Source of the DNA: Candidatus Lokiarchaeum ossiferum
GTDB taxonomy: Archaea > Asgardarchaeota > Lokiarchaeia > Sigyniarchaeales > Promethearchaeaceae
Direction: 5' to 3'
Assembly: GCA_025839675.1 (NCBI GenBank)
Contig: CP104013.1
Location: 1,620,001-1,652,000, forward strand
DNA length: 32,000 nt
Shown here: positions 1 through 9,246 of the stretch, piece by piece
Layout: every line of letters starts with the position of its first letter
How positions within the stretch are numbered: the first letter of the stretch is position 1
Notes under the pieces: model-generated
The model's database searches: none
The model's input: the letters and a program-made list of their open reading frames with translations, nothing else
Told to the model about the DNA's origin: nothing
Translations under genes and position numbers: made by a program

Positions 1-11
1 CACGTTCTTTA

Positions 12-2570
12 CTAGAGAAATAATTTACCATCCGAAAATATCTCGCTAACCTTTACAATATTTTTATCTTTATCATATTTAAACAAAATTAGCAAATCTC
101 CATGCTCTTTATGGGAAAAAATCCCCGATTCAACAGCTCTTTTAATATACCACGGATCTGCTGTAATATTACACTCTGGATAATTGTTGCATCGATAAAA
201 TTCTTTGGTTGAAGTGATAATCTTTTTCATTTCTGTTTCGCATTTGGTGCAATAAACATCTAATTTTCCCCGTGTGGCTTCCCATTTTTTCATGATTTCT
301 AGAATTAGGGCATTAGTTTCTTCTTTCGATTGAGATTTCGAAGATTTTTCCGATTGTCTTTTTATAGGAGGTTCATCTTGCGATTTTTTTATGGGAGAAA
401 TTTCTTGAGAAATGAAGAGATCACACTCAAAAATAGTTTCCATTTGCTGAGAATCAACACCTTTCGGACAATCCATCATATTTTTACACATGAAACACCA
501 AGGAATTCCTGGTTCCATCTCAATCTCTTGCTTTTGTTTTTTTGGTCTTGAAGGAGTTATATCAATATCTTTGGATAGAAGTTCCAAGACATCCAAGTCT
601 TCAAATTCCTCATCAACATCGAGATCTAAACCGGAAATAACTTCAGATACATCATCCCCGCCAATAAATTGTTGTTGTTTTTGTTGATCGTGAGATAATT
701 TTTCAAAATATTTCTCATAAGCATAAAAAAATTCATCTTGATATTTTTGTCGATTGATGCGGTATAGATCTATTTGATTTGTTTTGGTGAGACCATCCGT
801 TTTGTAATAAAGTTGAATAAAGAAATCATCAGAATTAATATCTTGAAACTCAAACTGAGGAGGAAAATTAAGAGGGCGATCAACACACTGATGGAGATCC
901 AAAGATGGAAAAAGAGAAAAACACCATGGACAAAGTTGTTGGATAACAGTTCCGCGCTTTTTAGGCTTTTTTTTAAGTTTCGACTCTATTTTTTCTTGAA
1001 CGAGAGCAAGTTGTTCTTCTTTTTCTTGTTGCAAAATTTGGGCTTCATATCGTTTCGTAATTAGATATTTTAAACTGGGTGGATTTGCTTTATTTAATAA
1101 GTTAAAACATTCTTCGAATAGGGATTTGTATAAAGAACCATTCAATTTGAACACATCAATTTTCCCAGATCGATTCCAAATCCCAATATTCTGATATAAA
1201 TAAACAAAAATCCAATCCGTACACAGATATTTAGGAACATGAAAATCAGTAGGATAGGAATCGGGTAAATTTTTACAGAGATGTTTACTCAGATCGTTAT
1301 ATTGGGAAATACAGAACGGACATACTTGTTTTACATTTTTTCGGTTAATATAGAGTTTTTCATAAAAATTGAGTTTTTCTTGAACTTTTATGTCAAATTG
1401 ATTATCGGGAAGAGAAAATTCGGCAGTATCTAGATATGTTTCTTCTGAATCTGAATGAGACGCGGGAATTTGTTTAGGGAAAAAGATTCTTGTATAATAT
1501 TTCAGAAAAATTTGGAGATAAAGAGTCCGGTTCAATAAATATATATCAAATTGGCCAGAAGAGTCAATTGCATCCAATAAAGAAAATGATACGGCACAAA
1601 ACATCTGATTTGCCACCAAATCTGATGAAAATTCAAAGTTATAAGGTTTAAACTTACACGAATGGTCCCGGAAATCAGTTATTTGATGCATACAAAAAGG
1701 ACAAAGCAAAATCAAACCCAATGTCTCATTATTGAGAGATGCAAGTTCATATTTGTGAGAAAATTGATCCCAATCGGGGAATTCTCTTATAGAAGATAAC
1801 TTGGATGGAATTTTTGATGAATCAGATCTATCAGTATCCCTTTTTGCTTTTAAACGTTGCTGAGCAATCAACCGAATCAAAATACCTTCGGCATTTATAT
1901 AAACGTCGGAGTTTGCACCATTTAGGGCAGACAGAATTGCAGTACAATATTCAGTATATTTCTTTCTATTTAATTTAGATTTGAGTAAAAAGCCCCTATC
2001 ATCCCACCCTTCGGTTTCCTGGTATAGATGTTTGTAAAAAGCATCATCTCCGAGAAATTTTCGAAAATTCGATCCTAAAGGTGATTTTTTGCACTTGTGG
2101 AAGTCTAAACGAATAAATTCATCGAAACAGTAGGGGCAAACTTTGGGAATTTTTGATGATGTGTAAGACTTTTTAATAATTTTGGGAGCAGGATGGCGAA
2201 TTGAAGCCTCAAATTGAACAATGGCTTCTTGATCAGAAAAAGCTTTATCATCCCATATCTGATCAATTGATAATTCGAGGTTATTCGATAATCTCAAATA
2301 CATTTTAATAAAAAAACGTTGATATTTTTTTCGATCTAATTTTGTTCCATCAATGTAATGAGTTTTTGAGTTAAAAATCCCTAATTTTTGATATAGTCTA
2401 AGATAATGGACAGAAGAATGCATTTTTTTATTTCTAAATGAAAAATTCATGGGAGCAATTTGACAACGATGGCGAAAAATTTGTTTAAACTTACGATAAC
2501 AAAAAGGACAAATTTGACGTACTTCTACTGGATCATTCATTGATTGCGCGGGGGATTTTATTTTCTTCAT
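12..2570 (-). CDS. Large multi-zinc-finger protein with five tandem CPxC-x9-HxC modules and a C-terminal topoisomerase-type C4 zinc finger; function unknown
   Basis: The ORF has 853 codons, with ATG at 2568-2570 and TAG at 12-14. Five modules of about 125-145 aa each open with C-P-[FYW]-C-x9-H-x-C (first Cys at aa 21, 145, 290, 417, 547). Each is followed by P-x-N-F and a [FY]xxLYQxxG...L[ND]RxxY segment. An acidic linker spans aa ~637-665. The C-terminal YCTKCE...FYRCNNYPEC (aa 774-800) has the spacing C-x2-C-x16-C-x5-C. Confidence 0.85.
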   Translation of the reverse strand: MKKIKSPAQSMNDPVEVRQICPFCYRKFKQIFRHRCQIAPMNFSFRNKKMHSSVHYLRLYQKLGIFNSKTHYIDGTKLDRKKYQRFFIKMYLRLSNNLELSIDQIWDDKAFSDQEAIVQFEASIRHPAPKIIKKSYTSSKIPKVCPYCFDEFIRLDFHKCKKSPLGSNFRKFLGDDAFYKHLYQETEGWDDRGFLLKSKLNRKKYTEYCTAILSALNGANSDVYINAEGILIRLIAQQRLKAKRDTDRSDSSKIPSKLSSIREFPDWDQFSHKYELASLNNETLGLILLCPFCMHQITDFRDHSCKFKPYNFEFSSDLVANQMFCAVSFSLLDAIDSSGQFDIYLLNRTLYLQIFLKYYTRIFFPKQIPASHSDSEETYLDTAEFSLPDNQFDIKVQEKLNFYEKLYINRKNVKQVCPFCISQYNDLSKHLCKNLPDSYPTDFHVPKYLCTDWIFVYLYQNIGIWNRSGKIDVFKLNGSLYKSLFEECFNLLNKANPPSLKYLITKRYEAQILQQEKEEQLALVQEKIESKLKKKPKKRGTVIQQLCPWCFSLFPSLDLHQCVDRPLNFPPQFEFQDINSDDFFIQLYYKTDGLTKTNQIDLYRINRQKYQDEFFYAYEKYFEKLSHDQQKQQQFIGGDDVSEVISGLDLDVDEEFEDLDVLELLSKDIDITPSRPKKQKQEIEMEPGIPWCFMCKNMMDCPKGVDSQQMETIFECDLFISQEISPIKKSQDEPPIKRQSEKSSKSQSKEETNALILEIMKKWEATRGKLDVYCTKCETEMKKIITSTKEFYRCNNYPECNITADPWYIKRAVESGIFSHKEHGDLLILFKYDKDKNIVKVSEIFSDGKLFL

Positions 2571-2711
2571 CTCCTGTAACTTGACAAAACAATAACTTGA
2601 TTAATTTTGATGGATGGTTCCAAAATAGGATGAAAAATCAAAATTAGAATCAAAGAAAAAAAAATCTTTGAACCTAAATTTTTAATCATTGGAAAAAATA
2701 ATAGAAATATT

Positions 2712-3161
2712 GTGGAGAAATGGACAGAAAAAATTCAACTATATCAAAACATTGTTGAAACGACACAAATTCATGGACCGATTTCAAAACTGATTGGGAT
2801 GAAATTTGTTCATGTTGAAAAAGGGAAAACGAAATTTGAACTAACTCCTAACGAAAATCATTACAATCGAGGTGGATCCGTTCAAGGCGGAGTATTATGT
2901 ACTATGGCGGATGCTTCCATGGGATTTGCTTTTGGCTCAACAGTAGATATTGATCAAGAATTCACAACCATTGAAATGAAAATCAATTTCATTCGACCAG
3001 TATTCATTAATCAAACATTACTTGCAATTGGTAAAGTTGTTCATAGAGGAAAAAGAACTGGTGTAGGAGAAAGCACGATTTATTTTAAAAAAGAATTCGA
3101 ATTAACTGGAGACGCAGCCAAACCGGTAGCTAAGGCTTCGTGTAGTTTGATAATTCTTTAA
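2712..3161 (+). CDS. PaaI-family hotdog-fold acyl-CoA thioesterase
   Basis: The ORF is 149 aa with a GTG start at 2712. The segment GGSVQGGVLCTMADASMGFAF and the overall length match the PaaI/4HBT hotdog thioesterase pattern. Confidence 0.8.
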   Translation: MEKWTEKIQLYQNIVETTQIHGPISKLIGMKFVHVEKGKTKFELTPNENHYNRGGSVQGGVLCTMADASMGFAFGSTVDIDQEFTTIEMKINFIRPVFINQTLLAIGKVVHRGKRTGVGESTIYFKKEFELTGDAAKPVAKASCSLIIL

Positions 3162-3162
3162 T

Positions 3163-4074
3163 TTACATCGATTTAAGATTTTTATGCTTCCACTTTGAAA
3201 CTTCATCGGAATTGATAAGAAAATGTAATTCTTGCAAAATATATTCTTTATCTTGTCCAAAATTTTCGGATTCAGTGGTTGTATAGTTACTGATATGATC
3301 ATTTCTAAATTGTGAAGTTATTTTTGATTCTATTTTTGAAAGAAGTAGAAATTCTTCTTCTAAAACTTCTCGAGGAGTTAAAATCTCAAATTTTTTCATC
3401 TTGATTTCTTGTTCTAAAGGAGAACCAGGTAACACATTAAGTGTCCTGAATCTAAATATAGTCGGATTTACAGCATTAATTACCTTAGCAGTTTCTTTTG
3501 CATGCATTTTAGACCATTTCCTTCCGCCTAAACCCAAAATAATATAAAGCGAAGCCTTGATTCCGCAGCTCATTAATTTTTGAATTGCTCGGATCTCCAT
3601 TTTTTGAGTCTGACCTTTATGCATATATTTTAGCAAAATATTATAGCCGGACTCAATCCCAATATAACAAATTGATAAACCCAAATTTTGGAGCGTTTTC
3701 AACTCTTCTTCGGATTTTTGAAGAATATCAAGTACCTTCGCATAACAACTAACCCTCCTAACATGATGAAAGTTGTGTTTTATTCTTTTAAGAATTGATG
3801 CTAATTGAGCAGTCGGAACAGAAAGTGCATTTCCTCCACCAAGAAAAACGGATTGTGCTTGTGGAACTTCCTTGGACCAAATATCAATATCTATATAAAT
3901 TTGTTCCAATTCTCTTATTTCATATTTTTGAATCAGCACATTTTGATTGTTGAAAGAATTTCGATATGTATTACAAAATCGACACCGATTCCAACTACAT
4001 CCACCTGTGATTGGAATTAAAACTGAAAAAGCTTCAACAGGGGGACGAATGATAATATAAGAAGCAGGAATCAT
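3163..4074 (-). CDS. Radical SAM domain protein (Elp3-like core, no acetyltransferase domain)
   Basis: The ORF is 303 aa with ATG at 4072-4074. The cluster motif GGCSWNRCRFCNTY has the spacing C-x4-C-x2-C. FLGGGNA and YIGIESG are typical of the SAM-binding strands. It converges on the thioesterase with a 1-nt gap. Confidence 0.85.
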   Translation of the reverse strand: MIPASYIIIRPPVEAFSVLIPITGGCSWNRCRFCNTYRNSFNNQNVLIQKYEIRELEQIYIDIDIWSKEVPQAQSVFLGGGNALSVPTAQLASILKRIKHNFHHVRRVSCYAKVLDILQKSEEELKTLQNLGLSICYIGIESGYNILLKYMHKGQTQKMEIRAIQKLMSCGIKASLYIILGLGGRKWSKMHAKETAKVINAVNPTIFRFRTLNVLPGSPLEQEIKMKKFEILTPREVLEEEFLLLSKIESKITSQFRNDHISNYTTTESENFGQDKEYILQELHFLINSDEVSKWKHKNLKSM

Positions 4075-4272
4075 TGTTAGTACTTCTAGGAGACAACCTA
4101 TAAGAATCCTTATTAAAATGTGTTTTTGATTATTAGAACTGAGGACATTTAGTCTATTTAGTTCACCAAAAAAAACGAGAAAACTTTTTATATTGGAATT
4201 TTGATCAAATATTTAGTATTTTGAAAAAAAATACTCTGAATTTTGAAGAAAAAAAATCTAGATGAGAAAGTT

Positions 4273-4482
4273 ATGTCGGACGAGTACTACGATTTTAACC
4301 AATTTTCGAAGTCCACTAAATCCAAAAGGAGAAATAGAGGACCAGTTGAACGAGAGAACCGCAAAATTAAAACAAAACCTCGGCAAAAGGATTATCATTT
4401 AATTGCCAAGCAAGTAAAACAACGGGAAAGGTACGATTGGATTCCAGAGGAAATTTATGAGCGATATAGTGAATTAGACTGA
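4273..4482 (+). CDS. Small basic hypothetical protein
   Basis: The track ORF starts at TTG 4243, and I prefer the in-frame ATG at 4273 (MSDEYYDF...). The protein is Lys/Arg-rich and I recognise no motif. Confidence 0.4.
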   Translation: MSDEYYDFNQFSKSTKSKRRNRGPVERENRKIKTKPRQKDYHLIAKQVKQRERYDWIPEEIYERYSELD

Positions 4483-4532
4483 ATAGAAATCGGAAATAAA
4501 GATTTTTTTAGGTTTTTTCTTTACTCAACATA

Positions 4533-5258
4533 ATGAGAAAATTTCTAGTTTTTGATCTAGGGGAAACATTGATCGATTTTAATATGACTGGGGTCTGGCG
4601 TGAGCAGATGCGGTTAGATGTCATTCCAAAAATGTTCACAAATTTAAAATCATTTCACTCCACAATCACGAATTTTCCTCAATACTCAACCTTCTTAGAC
4701 ACTGCATATGCATCGATTGCGAGAGGAGGATATCCCGTGAGTATGATTAATAGAATAAAAAACGCTTTAACAACACTTAAAATCCCCTTCTCTCAGAAGA
4801 TCATCAATAGTCTACTTCAACCCTTTGATCAAGTCTTCGCCACCAAAGCGAAAATCTATCCACAAGTCAAATCCACTCTAGAGGAGTTAAAGAATTTAGG
4901 GTATATTTTAGGACTATGGTCTAATACCCCATGGCAAAGTCCGGGATATATGAGTGAACGAGTGATGAATCGATTTAACATTCGAGAGTATTTTTCCGCA
5001 GTCCATTTTTCTGGTGATTATGAAATTAGAAAACCTAATGCGAAAGCACTGGAAATTGTGCAAAAATCGTCTCAATTCAAGAAAGATGACATGATATACA
5101 TTGGTAATGCGGAAGTGGATATTCAAACAGGGAGTAATTTTGGAATTCCGACGGTATGGATAAAAAGAAATGGAGATATACTCTCGGAAAAATGTCCTCG
5201 TCCAACCTATGAATTGAATTCTATATCGGAATTAGGATCGATATTACCCATTCAATGA
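4533..5258 (+). CDS. HAD-superfamily hydrolase (variant motif I)
   Basis: Motif I reads FDLGETL, a D-x-G-x-T variant that lacks the usual second Asp. Motif II is LWSNTP, the motif III Lys sits in RKPN, and motif IV is YIGNAEVDIQTG. Confidence 0.8.
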   Translation: MRKFLVFDLGETLIDFNMTGVWREQMRLDVIPKMFTNLKSFHSTITNFPQYSTFLDTAYASIARGGYPVSMINRIKNALTTLKIPFSQKIINSLLQPFDQVFATKAKIYPQVKSTLEELKNLGYILGLWSNTPWQSPGYMSERVMNRFNIREYFSAVHFSGDYEIRKPNAKALEIVQKSSQFKKDDMIYIGNAEVDIQTGSNFGIPTVWIKRNGDILSEKCPRPTYELNSISELGSILPIQ

Positions 5259-6770
5259 TCAATAATCGGCAGGAGAAATTCCAAAAGTATCATCCAAATC
5301 TGAAACTAATCCGTCTTTGGCATCAATTATTGTTGGGCTTTGACCTGGAACCAATCGAACGATTTTTGGCAGGTAATTTGCTGATTCGGCAGAAGGGTGA
5401 GACTTAATATTTGAGGCAGAAAAAATCGTGCAACAGAGATCATTTGTAAAATCAAACCTTATACCCGTTTTAAGATATTCATTCGATCGAACCATGTAAT
5501 GACATTTGTTCGCTTGTAAAAAATGATTAAAAGCTTCTTGAGAAAAGCCAGATGATTCATCCATAGATGATAACGTTTCAGGTTTTGATGTATAAATTCT
5601 TTGAAGATCAATACCCAATTCGTTAAATTTTATCTTTCCAAGGGGTAATAGTGAATCCATCTCATTTAAAATAAAAGGTTTATTTGGATTTGTTGAATTG
5701 ATCGGGATTCCAGTGTTTTGGGCAAGAATGTTGATTTGCCCTTGATTCATTGAAGCGATATGAAAATAAGGCATTCGTGAAAGAACGTGCATAATCAGAC
5801 GATAAATTTGCTGAAATTTAGGGGGTGTTAACGATTCACTAGTTATTTGTAACGAGAGGGGAGAAATCATTTCATGAAAATCTTTTGCACCTCGCAAAAG
5901 TACCACATTTTCTGGATATTTCAGAGTAAATAAACTAAGTAGAGCAAACATTTCAATCCCAGAGTGATCATCATTGAAATAATTACCTAAGAATATAATC
6001 TTCACAGCGGGGAAATTTTCAATGATTGGGATGAAATAGTTGCATAAATTCTGTAGTTGCTGGAAATCCCCACAAATATCTCCAACATAATACACATAAT
6101 TCACAGGCTCGCGAATAAGGGGAACTTTACTTTCTTCTAGATGAAAAATCATCGAAGAAAAAAGATGAATATAATCATTGGAATTTAAAGGTATTTCATC
6201 AAAATAGCAGAGCTTCAGAGAAAGAAGATATTGATTGATGATCTGATTTGTTAGAGAGGGGGATAAAGTTGCGAAATCTAAGGAAAAATCGAAATTAGAA
6301 AATATTTCTGCAAAGGGATCCAGAGATGAGACATCTTCTGTTGATGATTTCACATTGGAATTGGGCGCATTATGTAAAGCAATTTCTTCAATTTGTTCAC
6401 CAATTAATTTGTCTGAAGGCAGTGGAGAAACATTGCTAATCACTTCGGCATCCTCAAAGGCATTTTTTTGCATCACTAATTGGGCAGGCATCCCATCCCA
6501 ACGTTTTCGGATTGTCAGTAACCCATCACACTGATATTGATTCAAGCATTCACAAATACCTTCATGAACAGCCATCCTAACAACTCGTTTTGGCCAATAT
6601 TCTAAACATTTTGGACAATGGATTAAAAATCTCTTTTCTGCCTTAAAGAAGATCTTATTATTACAATGGGAACACTGATAGTGTTTTATATCGCTAGATG
6701 TGGATAAATGAAGAGTTTTACACGATGAACATTCGAAAAAATGGATCTTTTCTGGATTGCTATCAGACAA
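5259..6770 (-). CDS. Zinc-ribbon protein fused to a degenerate PPP-type (calcineurin-like) Ser/Thr phosphatase fold
   Basis: The ORF is 503 aa. It starts at TTG 6768-6770, preceded by GGAG 8 nt upstream on the coding strand. The N-terminus has CSSC-x15-CSHC and CPKC...CEC ribbons. The C-terminal half aligns by eye to PP1/PP2A motifs (LKYPENVVLLRG), but GDxHG is GDICG, GDxVDRG is GNYFNDD and GNHE is GAKDFHE. Confidence 0.8.
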   Translation of the reverse strand: MSDSNPEKIHFFECSSCKTLHLSTSSDIKHYQCSHCNNKIFFKAEKRFLIHCPKCLEYWPKRVVRMAVHEGICECLNQYQCDGLLTIRKRWDGMPAQLVMQKNAFEDAEVISNVSPLPSDKLIGEQIEEIALHNAPNSNVKSSTEDVSSLDPFAEIFSNFDFSLDFATLSPSLTNQIINQYLLSLKLCYFDEIPLNSNDYIHLFSSMIFHLEESKVPLIREPVNYVYYVGDICGDFQQLQNLCNYFIPIIENFPAVKIIFLGNYFNDDHSGIEMFALLSLFTLKYPENVVLLRGAKDFHEMISPLSLQITSESLTPPKFQQIYRLIMHVLSRMPYFHIASMNQGQINILAQNTGIPINSTNPNKPFILNEMDSLLPLGKIKFNELGIDLQRIYTSKPETLSSMDESSGFSQEAFNHFLQANKCHYMVRSNEYLKTGIRFDFTNDLCCTIFSASNIKSHPSAESANYLPKIVRLVPGQSPTIIDAKDGLVSDLDDTFGISPADY

Positions 6771-6979
6771 TTTGGGTACTCCAATGTGAGAATTTGATAA
6801 TTAATCATTAACGCTCCCATTTTTATTTTTTTGGCTACGATCCTTAAGAAAAAAAAAACTTTTTTAAAAAAACTGAAATTGAATCCTACAACATTTTCAA
6901 TATTTTGTCGAAGGATATATTAACTCATTAATATAAGTCACTTAATCTACCTATACGAGTGTACTAACCAATGAAAAAT

Positions 6980-7903
6980 TCAATTATCGTTGTTTGGATT
7001 GATTCCAGAAGAAATGGAATCATCATCGCTGGATCGAAACGCATAAGCCATCCGTGGAGTATTAAAAGAGAACCCGATGCCTTTCTCATTCAGAATAATG
7101 ATACCACCCAACCCATTAACTTTTTCTCCGAGCAGTGTAATTGCCAAATCTGCAGCTTCTTGCGGAGAATATCCCTTCCGGATAAAATCTATTGATTGAC
7201 GGGAAATCATTACTCGCATTAGATCTTCACCATACCCGGTAGCTGCCACGCCACCAATAGATTCAACATACCCACCAGATCCCCATAACGGAGTATCCCC
7301 CACTCTTCCAGGTCGTTTAAATGGGGTTCCCCCAGTTGATACAGCAATTGCGATATTATGAGACTTATCCAAACAAACACATCCTACGGTTCCCATTCCG
7401 TTAGTTTTTTGATAGCTTCCAAAAGCCTCCTTTGGTTCAAAATGCTTCATTTCCTTTATTGCATGATAACGTTGCAATTCCCTACCCACCAATAAATCTT
7501 CAGGATTGCATTCAGGGATTTGTTGTTCCCGTGCAAAAATATTAGCACCTTCCCCCACCAACATGACATGCTTTGTTGTGTCCATTATTTTACGAGCAAC
7601 AGAAATAGGGTGAAAAACATTTTGGATTCCACAAACAGACCCAATGCGATACTCATCTGTCGCGATAATTGCATCCATCTCCACTTCACCTAGCTGGTTG
7701 ACAAAGGACCCTTTCCCAGCATCAAATGTTGGATCTTGTTCCATTAACCTTACACATGCTTCTGCAGCATCAATAGCGGAAGTTCCATCTTCCAAAAAAT
7801 CATATGCTAACTTACAAGCAGCACGAACTCCACATAAATGATTTTCTACAGCATCATCTGGGATATCCCATGCACCTCCGTGAACAATTACACCAAATTC
7901 CAT
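6980..7903 (-). CDS. Isoaspartyl peptidase / plant-type L-asparaginase (Ntn hydrolase, asparaginase-2 family)
   Basis: The ORF is 307 aa. The autoprocessing and nucleophile site reads GTVGCVCLD. HGGAW lies near the N-terminus and GGVAATGYGE near the C-terminal half. An AAGGAG Shine-Dalgarno motif lies 9 nt upstream of the ATG at 7903. Confidence 0.9.
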   Translation of the reverse strand: MEFGVIVHGGAWDIPDDAVENHLCGVRAACKLAYDFLEDGTSAIDAAEACVRLMEQDPTFDAGKGSFVNQLGEVEMDAIIATDEYRIGSVCGIQNVFHPISVARKIMDTTKHVMLVGEGANIFAREQQIPECNPEDLLVGRELQRYHAIKEMKHFEPKEAFGSYQKTNGMGTVGCVCLDKSHNIAIAVSTGGTPFKRPGRVGDTPLWGSGGYVESIGGVAATGYGEDLMRVMISRQSIDFIRKGYSPQEAADLAITLLGEKVNGLGGIIILNEKGIGFSFNTPRMAYAFRSSDDDSISSGINPNNDN

Positions 7904-8060
7904 AAATTATTTCTCCTTAAATAGTCCAAGATCGCTCAATATTAATTTTTTTTTACAAATGAAAAAGCTTCTAATCCAAAAGAATTTTTCTTAACCCTTT
8001 TATAATCCAAATACCTAAGTTTTTTTTTCCAAGGGAAGTTAGAATATCCTAGTGAAAATT

Positions 8061-8453
8061 ATGGAATCTACAAAATATAATGAGGATCTTTGGGATGAAA
8101 TTCCCGCTTATGCGTTTATGGCTTTAGGAAGAAGAGGAAGAGAAGAAATCAGTCTGACCCAATGTTTTATTCCCAATTGCAGCTGCAATGGAGATGATAA
8201 ACTTCATCCCTTAGTTAAAAAGATGGAAACAATACCAGCTTCAGATCAGAAGTTTTCCATTCAGAAATCGAAATATTTAATCCATTGTGATTGTTGCAAC
8301 CAACAATTTCATTTAGTTTTCGAAAAACATCTTTCTAATGAACCTAAAAAAGAAGATTTGAATGAGGAAGCGATTCTCTTGGAACGTGTATATGCATCCG
8401 ATGCAGATGATCAAGTAGATTATGGAGAAATCGGATTTGTTCAACCAAAATAA
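8061..8453 (+). CDS. Hypothetical Cys-rich protein
   Basis: The track ORF starts at GTG 8052, and there is an in-frame ATG at 8061. It contains CFIPNCSC and HCDCC clusters, which could bind metal. It lies 10 nt upstream of the next HAD gene, so the two are probably co-transcribed. Confidence 0.5.
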   Translation: MESTKYNEDLWDEIPAYAFMALGRRGREEISLTQCFIPNCSCNGDDKLHPLVKKMETIPASDQKFSIQKSKYLIHCDCCNQQFHLVFEKHLSNEPKKEDLNEEAILLERVYASDADDQVDYGEIGFVQPK

Positions 8454-8463
8454 TATTAAATAA

Positions 8464-9165
8464 GTGGATAAGAAGATTGTGGAAGGCATTACTTGTGTTT
8501 TATTTGATTTAGACAATACCTTGATAGAAATTCCCAATACTTGGATCTATTTTGACACTCTCATACAAGATGTGATGGAACAGATCTTCAACTTACCCAT
8601 CCCCCCTAAAGAACAACGAGATACATTATGGCGGTCGGGAAAAGAATATATCAAGATATTACAATCTTGGGGAGTAAAGGATCCTGATGAATTTTGGTAT
8701 CATTTTGATCAATTCGATGCCAAGAAAAGACGAGTATTGATTCAACAACAAAAACTTTTCTTATATGAAGACACCCTTCCTACCCTAAATAGACTCAATA
8801 AAATACCTGAACTTAAAATAGGTATTGTAACCAACACTCCCACATTTCTAGCGATAGAAGAATTAGAGGCGTATAATCTAACTCATTTTTTTAATGAAAT
8901 TATCGGATTAGGGGAAGATCAATCTATTTGCAAACCAGAACCCACTGGGATTAATCAAATTTTACGAAGGATGGATAAAAACCATAAAAATACCCTTTTT
9001 ATTGGAGACTCATTAGTAGATATCCAAGCTGGAATAAACGCTCATGTCACCCCCATTTTGATAGATAGACATAGAAGAAAAAGCAAAGGATTGAAAGGAA
9101 TTCATCCTTCAAAGTATCTCTACTGCAATTCGTTGCAAGAAATTTTTAATTTAGTCCAATTTTAG
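8464..9165 (+). CDS. HAD-superfamily phosphatase (phosphoglycolate phosphatase-like, subfamily IA)
   Basis: The canonical motif I is FDLDNTL, motif II is VTNTP, motif III is KPEP and motif IV is FIGDSLVDIQAG. The start is GTG at 8464. Confidence 0.85.
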   Translation: MDKKIVEGITCVLFDLDNTLIEIPNTWIYFDTLIQDVMEQIFNLPIPPKEQRDTLWRSGKEYIKILQSWGVKDPDEFWYHFDQFDAKKRRVLIQQQKLFLYEDTLPTLNRLNKIPELKIGIVTNTPTFLAIEELEAYNLTHFFNEIIGLGEDQSICKPEPTGINQILRRMDKNHKNTLFIGDSLVDIQAGINAHVTPILIDRHRRKSKGLKGIHPSKYLYCNSLQEIFNLVQF

Positions 9166-9246
9166 CAGAAATCATGTTTCTTCCATATAATTGCGTGTGA
9201 TTGTTATGGGGTATAAGTTTAAAAAATCACAAAACAAGTTCAACCT

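Noticed and set aside
330-1064. Three plus-strand track ORFs (330-551, 490-687, 774-1064) lie inside the 852-aa gene.
   Set aside because: They are fully nested antisense to a long, motif-bearing CDS. Their F/L/R/S-rich low-complexity translations are what the antisense of a K/E/N-rich gene produces. No motifs are present.
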